This document shows, in pieces, positions 13,301-26,334 of a stretch of 64,000 bases of DNA. Where the stretch lies: the NCBI GenBank assembly GCA_002633005.1, contig NMRA01000025.1, positions 1,095,160 to 1,159,159 on the forward strand. Direction: 5' to 3'. Under the pieces are notes generated by a model. It was not told the origin of the DNA. It was given only the letters and a program-made list of their open reading frames with translations, and did no database searches. Positions within the stretch are counted from its first letter, which is position 1. Every line of letters begins with the position of its first letter. The translations under genes were made by a program, and so were the position numbers. Source of the stretch: Phoronis australis. Its lineage: Eukaryota > Animalia > Phoronida.

Positions 13301-14227
13301 CAGACTTGTCTTGACCCCGAGCCGTGGGAATTTACCCGCTCACTGTGGGAAAGCAAAACTTAATTTAAATTGCTTTTCAGTGGAATTGTTGGGAAATATT
13401 ATTTTGTTGCTTCATACAAGTATTCCGTTGATGCTTCTCTGCAATCCGTAAAGCCCCTTTGGTTGGATCAACTTTGGTTTAGCCCCACACAGCCGGATTT
13501 TAGTACTCGTGGGTCAAATCCAGTGGGTCCCTTTTTATGAAATGGAGCATAGTTTCACAAAACACTAAGAAAAACGTTTGCAATTGATTACCGTCACCGG
13601 GTTCCCTAGGGAATAGGCCTATTTGGGACTAAGCGGCAAGAGATGCTACCCTCTGTGGTGAGGGAGTCCCTATATCGCCTGAAACTTGTCCATCCACTAA
13701 AGAGGGGCCGCGTAGGCTCCTACATATGGGACATCCACTCGTGTCTTTGTGCTACTCTATGTCTCCTATTTTGCGACAGCTATTAAAGCATTTCCAAGTC
13801 TTGAAACATAAGTGACTTAAGAAGTAAGTTGGATTGCAGCATTTCATAGCACTGGAACCCGAGACATGCCGATTAGACCGTGGTGCGGTATGAAAGATAT
13901 TCGCTAAATAAATGTTGCCATTGAACGAATAATCCGAATAATTTTAACCGTGAACTTTAATCTATTCTATAAGTGCCGTATGGGAAATTGTCCGCTTTAA
14001 GTTCGTGCAGAGGACTGCAAAAATTAAGAACGGGCGGGTGGCTCGGTGTCAGAAGCGGCGGCCCCAAACATAAACCGGGTGAACCTATAAAGAATACAAA
14101 TTTCAATCGTGTCATTCCTACGGCTTCAAAGTACGTCCTCGATTATACGTAGACCCAACTATGCCTTAAATATATTTAAAAATTTGAAATAACAAATTTT
14201 GCGAAAATCGGAAAGTCGAACAAATAC

Positions 14228-14249
14228 CACGTGACTTAAAATGGCGGCT
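14228..14249 (+). promoter_or_regulatory. Canonical E-box CACGTG plus YY1-type AAAATGGCGGC at the TRIT1 start
   Basis: CACGTG at 14228-14233, seven bases before the ATG (14241); AAAATGGCGGC overlaps the start codon; second CACGTG at 14428-14433 in intron 1. Confidence 0.6.
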
Positions 14250-14378
14250 AGCCTCCGGAGTGTCAGAAAGTTGCCAGTTCTGGTAATTCTTGGTGCAACT
14301 GGGTCTGGAAAGTCGAAGCTTGCCATAGAACTCGCCTCAAAGTTTAACGGAGAAATAATAAGTACCGATTCGATGCAG
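14241..14378 (+). CDS. TRIT1: tRNA dimethylallyltransferase (isopentenyltransferase, TRIT1/MOD5/MiaA family), exon 1
   Basis: [46 protein letters not shown]: P-loop GATGSGKS and the family motif EIISxDSMQ; phase-0 donor CAG|GT at 14379. Confidence 0.95.
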
Positions 14379-16751
14379 GTTTGTTGCAAATCTTTGGCAT
14401 TTTATTATTTTGGTAGCCAACTTGGAGCACGTGCGCTGGCTAGCTTTGTTCCAAGTTTGCAAAATTGGTAATTTCTGAAGGAAATAGAGCTGAATTTTTT
14501 GTTTTATTGAAGTTATTTAGACTCCAATTTCATGTTTAACGTGAGTACTTAGGTTGTATCCCAAATTGTACTTAAACGTCAACTGAAGGGTCTTTCGATG
14601 AAGGGAAGGCTGAGCCCGGGTTGGGGTCTGCACTGGTCGGAAGCAGGAACCCAGATCTAGGCAATTACATCGCCCTGAATGCCGCAGTCATACAGGGGCA
14701 ATAATACATCCCCATTAAAAGTTGCTCATTTCAAAATACAGCAAATAAAATCAAATGAAGCATGCAGATATGCAAATGAGTTGTACTTGACACATATCGT
14801 AACTCTGGATACAATTTAGTCAACATAACTTGGAACATATCCATGAAAATACCGTATGTCGTGGTTCGCTCGAGTTTCCTTCGGTGCCATTTTGAGGAAG
14901 TTACTTGAAGTCACGCCTGTTGATGAACTAAAAGTCCAAGGGACACAAATCTTACAAATTTTACCCTATATCTTCCTATGTTATTTTGAAAGTGTCACGT
15001 GCCAGGTCACTCGCTTCTCTCAGTCTCACGCTAACCTTCGCCAAACTCACTTGATACAATTGAAATACTTTGTGGTTTTTGCGTGCATATTGAAAAAGTG
15101 AACAGTGACAGTTGGAATTCTTTGCTAAAGTCACCTTAATTCTCGTATCTATGGCATCGAAGATATGTGTAGAAACAGAGAGGATCATTGAAAGTAAGTG
15201 CACTTGTAAGTGATAATTATAAGTGTAGAAGGTGTTTTTGATGAGGTGGAAACTCTTCATCGGTGAGCTTGATTTCGCCTACCGCCCGTTTAAAATACAT
15301 GGGACGAAATTAGCACAGGAAGTTATGGGAAGTATTGTAGACCCTAACCAGTCAACAGTCAACCGAGGGGCTACGTGTTGCCTAATCCAGTTGTGGAGAA
15401 CTAGGCAATCATTGTATTACAGGCTCGCGTAATTGTTTTTAGTATGACGACATTGACCTACTCAGGTTATTTTTGGTACTATCTGATTCCGCCTATGGTT
15501 CTCATTCTAAAATATATGAATGTGTCCTCACAATTTTATCGTTAAATTTCTGGTCACATTATTTCCCAGTTGACACCGCCATGTTCGCTCAACTCAAGAG
15601 TACAGTGGCACCTGTTGCTAATGAATGAAACAGCATCATCGATTCTGAATTGTGTTTGCCTGCGAGATTCCCTATAATGTTTTCCTGATATATCATAGAA
15701 CAACAAGGGTAGCATTTCACCCTTCCTTTTCCATGAATTTTAGAATTGGGATCATTTGACCCATTTTCCACGAAGTGATACCCTTTTCATGAATTTGGAC
15801 CTTGCAAGCAACTCCTTTTTGCAGATTCTTGTTAGCGGTTGCGTACCAGGGTCACCATAGGAATTCGAACCCTTGGGACCGTAGCTCGCGACCGGGGTCA
15901 ACGGTAGTTTATTTCAATTTTTGGATGCCGGATGACTCCTTTCTTTTAACATGGCGGTATCTCTACCAAGAAGTAGTGCGAGCAGAAATTATGTGGATAA
16001 AATATCTAGGGAACGTGGTAGCAGACGTTTTCGTTCATTTCTGTAATGATGACGATGCGAGGAATTGAACTATACCAAAATCATGTGCGATGGGTGTGGG
16101 GGTCTGTTGAGATGCACATATTCCTGAGACCCCCCTTCCAGTTTCTTTTCCAGTGTCCTTCTTAGTTTCATTAGTAAGTCAGTTTTTGGCTTTGATACAA
16201 AGCGAGGGTGAGCTTTTGGTTCAATTTTCATTATTATTGAAAATAAGTAGGAATTTTTTCGTGCAATGCCCCTAATTCAAGGACTAAGTCCCTATGATTT
16301 TCATTGAATTAAGGTCTCAGTCTCTCAGATTTCAGTTGTATAAGAAAATGTCATTAAAGAGGAGCTCATAATAAAGATAAAGTGATTGAAAAATGTTACA
16401 TTTGTTTTTAAAGAACGACACAAATATGCAAGAGATTTGGAGACCGTAGTTGAGACTCTATTTGGGACTGTTCCCCGCAACAGGGGACTGGCCCCTGATT
16501 GTTCATTAGTTGCGATGCTTGCTATGTGCTTGCAAAAATATTGGTATTCTTTGTCTTAAAAAATTCATATTCATAATCTATGTGGATGCCTATCTGTCAT
16601 GCAGCATTCTCAAGATGCGTTCTAATTTTTGTTTTTCTGATATTGAAAGTGGCTCTAAACCTGGCTCCTATCAGCTGTGACATGTAACTTCCATGTGTGA
16701 CTGACATGGAGTCGAACACAGACCCTCCAAATTGCTGCCAATAGACATTTC

Positions 16752-16830
16752 CTTATTAGCTCATTGGTATGGATGCTCACACGCCAGAGATACCTGGTTC
16801 TAATTTCCCTACTGGTAGATTTTTCTGCAC
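16752..16830 (+). pseudogene. Degenerate tRNA-derived sequence (SINE head-like)
   Basis: A-box-like TAGCTCATTGG (16757) and B-box-like GGTTCTAAT, followed by TACTGGTAGA, which also follows the tRNA-like copy at 45754-45826. No intact cloverleaf. Confidence 0.35.
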
Positions 16831-16914
16831 ACCCAAAACTAACTTTTAAGACCTCTTTTTGTTATAACGTTGATCAGAATTTGATCCTTACTTAGGTTGA
16901 ATCCCTGAACATGG

Positions 16915-17760
16915 AAACCAAACCGCTCAAAGGATGGTTGTGAAAATTGGCATGTATGTTCTTACTATAAAGAAGATGGCTGACGATGATTTTCCGACGA
17001 CTTTGACTACTGTGGCGCCTCCTATCGGCAGTTTTTTTTTGCGCCCATGGCTGTATCTCCTAAACCGTTTATTAAAGATCCTGCAAATTCGGCAAGTATA
17101 TTTATGTGATGTTGACAACAGACGACGACAACTTTCGGACAAATCTGATGACCAGTGTGCCCCCCAGTGGCAATATTAGTTTTTTACGTTTACCTCTGTA
17201 TCTTCAAAGGTCCTCAACGGATTTTCAAAAAAATTGGATTATAGACATCAGTTAGTGAGATGACACTATTCTCCTGTTTTTGGATGGAATCGAGGTATTT
17301 TGTGCCACCTAGAGGCAATTTTTGCTGTTGTTGGCATCCATCCCTCTATGAACCAAACCAGTCTAAGGATGATCTTGAATATTTTCTCAGTGTTAAAAAG
17401 ATGATTGACGATGATCACTTTGACGACTGTGGCGCCTCCTAGTGGTAGTTTTGTTTTGTTTTGTTTTGCGCCCATAGCTGTATTTCCTAAACCCACTGCA
17501 GGATCTTTATTAAATTTAGTAAGTGTATTTATATGAAGCTCACAACAGAAAACAACGACTTTCAAGTGGATCCAACAAACGCTGTGCCCCTTGGTTGCAA
17601 TTTCATTTTTTTCCGTTTTCCTTTGTTTCTCTGAAGTTCCTTGACAGATTTTTTGTGAAATTTGGTGAATAGCTTTCTATTAGAGAAGCAATAGCGTTTG
17701 CCCGTTTTTGGATGAATTGGCTGTTTTTGCCACATCTAGTGGCCATTTTTATGAAACAAA
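16915..17760. repeat. Interspersed repeat built from about 145-bp subunits, copy 1
   Basis: 16915-17050 is closely similar to 33170-33310 and 17180-17225 to 32985-33030; six recurring G(C/T)GCC-N-CCTAGTGG-type motifs at 130-152 bp spacing. Confidence 0.85.
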
Positions 17761-19400
17761 TAAACGACCTTGGAAGCACACCATTTGCGGTGCATTCGTG
17801 GACGTATTTCAACGTTCCGCGTTGCACTTCTCTGTTGTGGAGAACACTGGTATATAAAAGGTTAGACTCTCATTGAACAAATAATTTTACACGCTTCTAC
17901 CTCTGTTCTTCACCAATGCATTCATCAGGAGTCACATATAAGGACACTTACAGGATCTATGGGACACAGTGTTCGATAAGTGGTGACTTTCGGGTGTGTG
18001 ACTTGGCTTCCTGATCTCTGTGTGTTATATGTGGCTTGCGACTGGTGCAAATGTTAAAGAGTTCTGTGTTACACTGTAACATCCACAGTTGCTATCTCAA
18101 GGCTGCTGTGAGGAAACATGGGAAGACTGTAACACTGTGTCTGAAAAACATCGAACTGGTTAGTCATTGAGATGTGGAAGGGGTATTGGTTGTGGAGCAG
18201 TGTATTTGAGGATGACCTCCCACTCTGGACGGCCTATGAGGGATTGATAGGGATGTGCAGTCTTGGTGCAATGGCACACCCTACCTATAGTGCTTAAGTT
18301 ATTAACGATTTTGTCTACATTAAATATTGTTGTGTACTAACCTTGTCTTGAGATACTATTGTAGTGAAATGATTGGCTTAATTTGGAAAGTGAAGACTTG
18401 ATCTTGTAAAGAAATCATACGCGTTGGAATCTTTTCTGGACTCTAACATCTTTCTAAATGTTGTCAAGAAGTACTTGCAGCAACGTGTCTTTGATAGCTA
18501 TGTGAGGTTACAGCACAATTTGCTATCATCTGATGCCTAGGCCCGCCTCGGCCTCAGCCTTGTCTTGTCAGTGTCTTTAATCATTTATTGACTGGTGAAT
18601 GTAGTTGTTGGCAGTTACAGAATTATCCCAGACACATTCAAGGGTTGGCACATTCTCTGTCCCAGCTGGCACACTGAGGTGGAAGCATTTGGGACTTTTA
18701 AATTATGCTAAGTTACTCCACTTAATGCCAAGTTCTTAAAATGTCGAGGGACTTCATTGAAATCTGCTTAAATCCTTTAATCTGTTCAGTTCAACACTTG
18801 GAATGAATCATACATGAGAGATGTTTTATTCTGGGGTTAATAATATCACCACGAGACTTGTGCTGAACTGGAGATCTATGCCTGTCTTGTATGTAAGAAA
18901 CTTTTTGCTTGTTGATATCTGAACCATCAAATTGCTGTGTTGCTTAGGTTCCTTTCTATGGTTTTAATGTCCTTCCAAGTTGAACTGCTTCCCTAGATAT
19001 TCGCATTTTTTTCTCAACAGGTTCAAGCCTTCGCCCACCAAATTGACAAATCAAAATGTTACCTTGGAGGATTTGCTTATGTGACTTTCTTACAGTTGAG
19101 GGCCCAGGCTTTATACTCAAAATCAAACTCGAAATTATTTTGACCTTTTCTGTTTTAGTTTATGTGAACTCAAGATCAGTTTCTGATAGTTAGATCTACA
19201 GAAAATTAGGGGTTTCTCAGATAGTTTCTAGTCCAATCTTGCACGTGATGATGCCTAGATTCGGAGCTCAGAATCAGGTTTGCACGAAATTAGAATTGAA
19301 AATGCCACAATAAATTTCTATTTAGAGTATAAAGATTGGACCTTAGCTGCTGATGTCAAGCTCATAGATCAGAAGCAAATACTGACCAATGCTCTTGCAG

Positions 19401-19541
19401 GTTTATAAGGGCCTGGACATTGTGACCAATAAAGTGACCTGTGAAGAGCAAGCAGCATGCTGCCATCATATGATAGCTTACTTGGAGCCCCTCCATAGTC
19501 AACACACTGTGACAGACTTCAGGAACAGGGCTCTGCCTGTT
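19401..19541 (+). CDS. TRIT1: tRNA dimethylallyltransferase exon 2
   Basis: Acceptor CTCTTGCAG ends 19400; VYKGLDIVTNKVTCEEQAACCHHMIAYLEPLHSQHTVTDFRNRALPV continues DSMQ-VYxGLDIxTNK; 141 nt, phase 0/0. Confidence 0.95.
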
Positions 19542-19929
19542 GTATCCTTGTGTTCTCATGTAGGCCAGTCTGCAGTTTGGAAACAAAAGTTTGATTAGGC
19601 AGACTGAAATTTATATAGAAAAGGTAAGTCTGTTTGAAACCAGCTTAGAAATGCTTAATTACCATGTCTGATGCCTAAGGTGATCCATGTGAGTCAAAGG
19701 CAGTTAGTAAGAAGTGTTTAATGAGTGTTTAATGAGTGTTTGTCCATTTGAAGGTTGTGTGAAGCTGTTCAAAGAAGTGCCAAACTTCATCCAGATGAGT
19801 CGAATATGTTGGCTGACCATTCACTAAAAACAGGCCATTTGTCTATGGTCTGCAGATCACTTTTAACAGACAACAACTCTTATTTTTGTCCGTCCCTAAG
19901 TTGTCTGTTGTCCTCTGCCTCTGTGTCTG

Positions 19930-20260
19930 CCAAACCACCTGGGATCACTATGAAAATTGGCAGATGTGCTCTAACTGACAAGAGCACGACTGACATGTAT
20001 TTTCAGGTGAGTTCGCCTTCTGTGGTGCCTCCTAGTAGCTCTCCTGAGCTTCTTGGAAACCACTCCCAATTAACTTGATAACAGGTGGACAGATCCAATT
20101 ATGGGCTTGCCTCCCAATGGCAATTTTTTCACATTTGCTTCTGTATCTTTGGAGTTCATAGAAGGATTTGCATGAAATTCGGCAAATAGCTTTTCTGTGT
20201 GAGAGACAATGATGCTTTTCCATTTCCGGGCAGACTCATCATATTCTGCACCCTCTCAGG
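19930..20260. repeat. Degenerate copy of the 145-bp-subunit repeat family
   Basis: TGAAAATTGGCA, GTGGTGCCTCCTAGT (about 20022-20036), CTGTATCTT...GGATTT...ATGAAATTCGGCAA resemble the copies at 16.9 and 32.6 kb. Confidence 0.55.
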
Positions 20261-23200
20261 TCGGTCTTTATTAAAATAAACACCTCTAGAAGTACACCTG
20301 GGTGCATTTCAACCCTCTGCGTTGGTCTTGTTATTAAGTGCAAAAGTGTTTTCAATTATTGGCTGTCTGATGAGAAACTGCTATTGTTTTCTTGCATGAT
20401 CTTGGTTTGTGTAAACATTGAATGATTGATTTGACTGTATATGGCCTCTGGTATTTGTTGTATAGTTATGTGGATTGGTTATTTAATTACACCTGCTTCT
20501 CAGGTGTCCTGAGGTGTTCACAAACCCAACACCCGATCATATACTGAACATTTACAAAATTAATGGCAGTTTGTCTAATGACGTTTTTTGAAACATGACT
20601 TATGTATATATTCACCATTGTCGGTTGAGGGTCTTGAGGGTAACACTGAGCTGGTTCCCTCCAAGTCATACCTGTGGCTGAGCCAAAGGTATGCTAATTC
20701 ATCTATTTAGCACACCATATGGCAAAGAAGTAAAATTTTATTTTGCCGAATTAATTAACAAAAATATAAAAGTAGTAATATTTTAATTTACTGCTTGCTT
20801 GGTCTTTTCTGTCTGTTAAGATGTCATAAAACAAAAGTGTCAAAATTTCAGTTAATTGTTGCAAAATTTATAATAGAAAAATAATTAAGCAACTACTTTT
20901 GGGTGAAATAAGTGAAAAATTTCCCTGTGATGCATTTCAACCCCTCAGAATTCCCTCTTAATTGATTGCACAAGTCTGAATCACCACCCAGTACTCATCA
21001 GCTCAGCATTCTTTGGTTTTCCAAATCCAGTATTCCCTGTGCTGCCTGCAACACAGCTGTTATGATGAATGTTGTTGAGTATGAGTCTTACTCACCACTG
21101 TGTGTTGGAGGCCAGCCAGACAGAGTCAGATTGATTTCTGTCTGCTGGTCAACACTCATTGACATGCTCCACTTAATATTGATTTCTGCACAGTTTATAT
21201 CAGCCAGACAGCTGTTGTGAGAAACATTCCTTTCACCCTGTAGTATGTCTGGGATGAAGTATCATACTGGTGTCAAAAAAGCCTTTCTATTTCTTAAGAT
21301 TTTCTTTGTCGCTGCTAATGCTTAAAAATTACCAAGTGATGCTTAATGGTAGGTGTGCAATACAAACCTTGATAATGACGAAGAAAAAATCTCAATGTTT
21401 ATTTTTTCCTGGGACTTTTTTTTAAATAATTGCGACTTTCCACCTCATTGTTTTCTAAATGGAACCATGTAGTGTTCTCTCAGTTTCTATGCCCAGTTTC
21501 ACAGAAGACACCTACCTGATTATCTGGTGCGCAGTCCTGTACAGTTTGATTGAAGCTTGGCAAGGCTCTAGCCTCTCATGTTGTTAATGCTCTCCTCTGT
21601 TTTACTCAAATGATTCATATATTGGGGCATGCACCTAATTTTGGATGTGTACACACAGCCTAAAGTATTAATACCCGTATATATACGGTCGTTGCAACCT
21701 CGTATGCTTCAACATAAATGTTGCTAAACACGTTGGTGCAAAGTTTTTATTGAATGCACCAAGGTTGGTGGGAGGATGGGTCAAATTCGGATTGGTTCAT
21801 GAGTTGAATGAATATTGGAGTTATTGATTCGGTTCCAGACCTGGTGCAGCATAGTAGGGTGTGTAGTGTATATTGAGCACAGGCAAGAGTTGAACCTAGT
21901 ACACTGTCATGAGTAATGACAGGACCAGCTGGTATTCATACATCATGACCAGCTAACACCAGCAGTCTGGCTTGGTGATGTGTTAAACCTTTTCTCACCA
22001 AGTTTGGAACTAGAGGATGGTGCCAAGTATCAAGTTAATTTGTTCTGTCTGACTAGCTTTTGCTCCTAAAGGGATAGTAAACCTGGTTTTTGCCAATTGA
22101 AAGGTATCAACAACGACTTTCTCATCCTATCTAAAACAAAATAATGGTCTCTAACCGTCCTCAAGACGTCAACCCTCAGAAGTTTGGAACAAGTTTTTGA
22201 AAACTCCTTTCAAAGTCCACTGAGTGGGGCAAACTTCACTGGCTACTTACACTACTGTAGGGAAAGACCACCTACCAAGAACCATCAAGTCCTTTCTGTA
22301 ACATTAGTCAGTATATATGTTTTGGTTGTAGCCTGCTTTTATCAGTCAAATGCATTAGCAGAGGATAAAAGGAGGATTGGTTGAAATCTCCAAAATGGTT
22401 TTAGTATCTTTCAGCCAAAGTCAAAGTTATCAGGGAGTGCAGCTGCAACAAAAATGTTACGCTGATGTATTTGTTTAAACACAAAGGATTACGTTTATTT
22501 TTAAAACAAATGAATTGAAACACTCATGATATGAGGATGGTTATCATTTGAACCAAGCAGTATCAAATAAGAACACACCAGACACGTTTATTGTCATCAT
22601 TTTATTGACATCAACACCTGATGATGACCCCAAAATTAGGCTTTCACACCACGTCAAAGCAGGTGCGCTTTAAAATCCATTATTCACTTACTAATTATAA
22701 TTTTGAGACCAAAATTAACCTTTCACACCGACCGGCACTTCCGTAACTGCGGACACATTGATAATGGTATGAAAGTTCTTAAAGGCATCTTTACTGACTG
22801 GAATGCCTTGGCCTGCATCACCAATTGTACCTTTTGGGAATCATGTTCAAGTGGTTTGCTTTGGAAAAGATGCCTCCAAACACAAACCAACAAATTTTCC
22901 TTGTGATATGGACATCACTGTCAGGAATCTAGGGAAACTTAATTCATAGCTTCTCTGTGACATGCTTGTAGTGGTTGTGATGGGAGAAAATCTCGAATGG
23001 GTGCTTTCAGTGAAAAATACGCATTCAGTGAAAAATACACAGTATTTTGGAACCTTTTGATGTGGTGCTGTGACATTTTCTCCAAGGTGTTCTTGATTGT
23101 AACTATTTATCGGGAAATGATTGTATCTTTCCATTGACTGATGCGGAAAAGGGTCATTAGGAAGTAATCATTACTGAAGGCACATTGACTTAAATGTGTT

Positions 23201-25869
23201 TTGAGTGGACTAACCTTATGTCTGATGCAACTGTAAATTGCCTTGCATTTCATGAGCTAGTCTTTGTGCCAAGAATATCTGTGGGACTGAATATTTAAGC
23301 GACAACTCAGCACTTTATTTAACATGGTCGTAGTAACGTTTCTGCTGATGCAAGTCAGTATCGCTATTGCAGAATGCTGTTGTGCTAGGCAATCTTAAGA
23401 CCTGGTCGCACTTAGTGATTTTGTATGCAGCCGTTCAGTAGTGGGTGGTCGTTTGGTGTGGATAGCCATCGCAGTTGTAGGGGCATCGTACAAGAACTTG
23501 TCGTCTCATAGTTTGGACAACTGTGGGATGAGAACTTGGATGGCAGAAGGAAATGTTATGTAAATATGCATGCGGCACTCAGAGATCATGAATGATCAAC
23601 AGCGCCAAATGCTGAAATGTCCATGTAGTTGCACGAAGTAGGAAGAAAAAGAAGAAGAATTAAGAGAAACCAAAGAGGAAAACAACTGTGGCAAAAACAC
23701 AATGGGTCATTGTCCATCATCTTAACTCCACTCTGGTTGTGTTTTCATGCCTCATAGCTACCAGCTGGCAGTTGCCCTAGAGTTGCAGACAAATCCCTCA
23801 GTGTGGACAGACCTTATGCAATGAGAATGAACTGTTGCATCATGTTTTAATTTCCCACAGGCACAAGTGTTCACTTGGCACTATCACACATTTAGCCTAC
23901 CCCATTATTCACAGTTGGTCACTATCTTGACCTTAACCCAGTAAGGGCTAAAAGGGGACTTGACTGTCTGTGTAAGGCTCTCCTGTTTGAGGCTCTCGAT
24001 GGGGACACGAGTTTCTGTTTCATAACTTGCTAGGGCAGTTGCGTGCTGATAGCAGGTGTTTTCATTTCCTCATACAGACAGTGATGAGTTATGTGCGCAT
24101 AGGTGTGCCAGATTTCTGACCTGTCTTTTATGCTTTGAAGGCACTGAAAATTTATTTTATTTTTTTCATTAATTTTCATTGACTGAACGGTTGGGTAGCC
24201 AAGCTGGATAGATGTATCAAAACTGACTATTGCAATCCACAGTCTGCTCAATGTTGTGATCCAGATAATAGCCGTTATGCTATTTTTAGGCACTGGCCAC
24301 TAAGCTTTTGATTCAAGTCTGATGGCTTGTAATTCACCCACTGTATGTTAACATAGATTTTGCTGAAAGCCAACAGAGGTGGAGGCAAATGCATTCGTTT
24401 GCTTTCCATCGCTTTCGTTTTGTATTTTTTAGCAAATATTTTCTGCACTCAGGGTTTTTGCAAATTGAGAAAATGTCTCAATGTGAACAAATAGGAAATC
24501 TATCATTAAAAATGGTAAATGCAATTTCCATTGATATTTTTGGTGAATTTAGATAACGGTCGGATATTATGTGCCCATATTTTAAGAACCAGTTTTATCC
24601 ACTGAATAAGAGGCATCAAACTGGTTCTCAATATGTGGGGATGCAATATCAGACTATTGCCAAGTTTTATATCATGAATAGGTAAACATCTTTTTGATTC
24701 TCTTACTCATTTCTTGTTGACTTCTTGTTGGCTACTTCCAGTCACTGTAAGTTATTATGTAATATGGTCTTTAGTTGCACAAAGCCACTCTGATGATCAA
24801 ATCTGAATTCTAATTTCCAGGCATTTGGTCATTTCTGTTTGGTCAGTTAGCCATCTACACTATATTGGACAGCTGGTCACTTGAAGCCTGTTCATATACT
24901 TGTGTATATGCCAGCACAGTACATATAGCCTGCTTGCTAGAGATAAACTTAGTTAATAGTCATTGTTCCTCTTATGTTTTTGTCTACCTCCTGGCCTGAT
25001 TGTATTGTTGAACTTGACTTCTGTGTTTTGGCAGCTAGAATGAAGAACAGCAATCTTCCTCCTTCACATCTACATTTTCATTACAATTACAACGACCTTT
25101 TCTCAGCGCAATCCTCCTTCTTTCCAGTTGAATTTCCTTTCCACAATTCAGTTTTAACTAACTCGGCTGTTTTTGTAGATCGTAGTAAAAGTTCCTTGTC
25201 CATAAACCTGAGCTTCAGCATTAATAGATGGCAGTCAAAATGCATATTCTTCAGAGTTTTATGTAATAAAAGACATAACGTACTTGCTACTAGGCTAGCT
25301 CTTAAACAGAGCTGAAGGTTCACTGGAGGACTTTTCATCACCAGGTGAAATGGATATATACCTTAAGAATTCTTGTTCAGTGTGTTCATACTAACGAAGT
25401 CAAATTCCCTTAACATGATAAGAAAACTGCAAACGGTCTTACTGGTTACATTTTGTTTTTTTTTAACCGTCCTCTAACAACAACGAATCAAATCGTCTGC
25501 CATCTTCTACTTGTAGTTTTTAACCTGAAGACGTCATGTCCGAATGCCAGCAAACAGACCCAGTAAATGCTTTAGTTCATGAGTTTACTGGTAAGATAAA
25601 AATTGCAAATGGCGGAGTGACAAGTAAAAAGTACCAAGTCAAATCTTCGAGTTTGTAAGTTATTTCGAATGGCTTGATTTTCATGCAGTTATATTTTCTG
25701 TATTCTTAAGATAAATGTATTCAAGTAAAATCCTATTTCATCGAAGTTTCACTTGTAGATTAACTGCCATAGTTAATCTTTCCCATTTACTGAACCTTCG
25801 CTAAAAGCAGTTTCGCCGTTGGTGAGAAAGCACTGTTGTACCAGCTCTGTCCCAAGGTGAGATCACTTA

Positions 25870-26291
25870 AGTCATATTTAGACATAAGTTTTGGCCCGGC
25901 GCAACTGACACGGAGCAAACTGACCCGTGTGAAGCGGCCGTTTACACACACTACTAACTAACCGTGGCAAGACGGAAATTGTAGGCTGGAGAGACTGGAT
26001 CGCACATGAGAAGGTTTACAAATGACGAGAGTTGCACAGACAAAGAACCCGTATGAAGGTCATTGCACAAGCGCAGTAGAGATGATCCTTTCCGCGTTGC
26101 TCCAGTTTTGCGTTTAGACTTATAATTGACACTGCGCAAGATGTTCGGGCGCAAATTGCTCTACCTCACAAACGGGTGGCAAAAATTTGTCACTGCGGTG
26201 TCAATTTGCTCCGTGTCAATTTGTTTACACACTGGAACAACTTATTCCCTGTCAGCTGATCCGTGTCAACTTTGTAAGTGTAAACGGCACT
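25870..26291 (+). mobile_element. PIF/Harbinger-like MITE, copy A
   Basis: Imperfect TIRs AGTCATATTTAGAC ... GTGTAAACGGCACT, flanked by TTA (25867-25869, 26292-26294); internal TGACACGG subrepeats; CpG-rich relative to its flanks. Confidence 0.7.
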
Positions 26292-26334
26292 TTAGCCCTC
26301 ACACAACTTTGCCTGTAGACAGGCGATTATCTAA

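Noticed and set aside
19755-20078. ORF containing SAKLHPDE, resembling the TRIT1 AxKLHPxD motif
   Set aside because: It lies upstream of exon 3 (wrong order), lacks the flanking DP and RK residues, and runs into repeat-derived sequence; probably chance.
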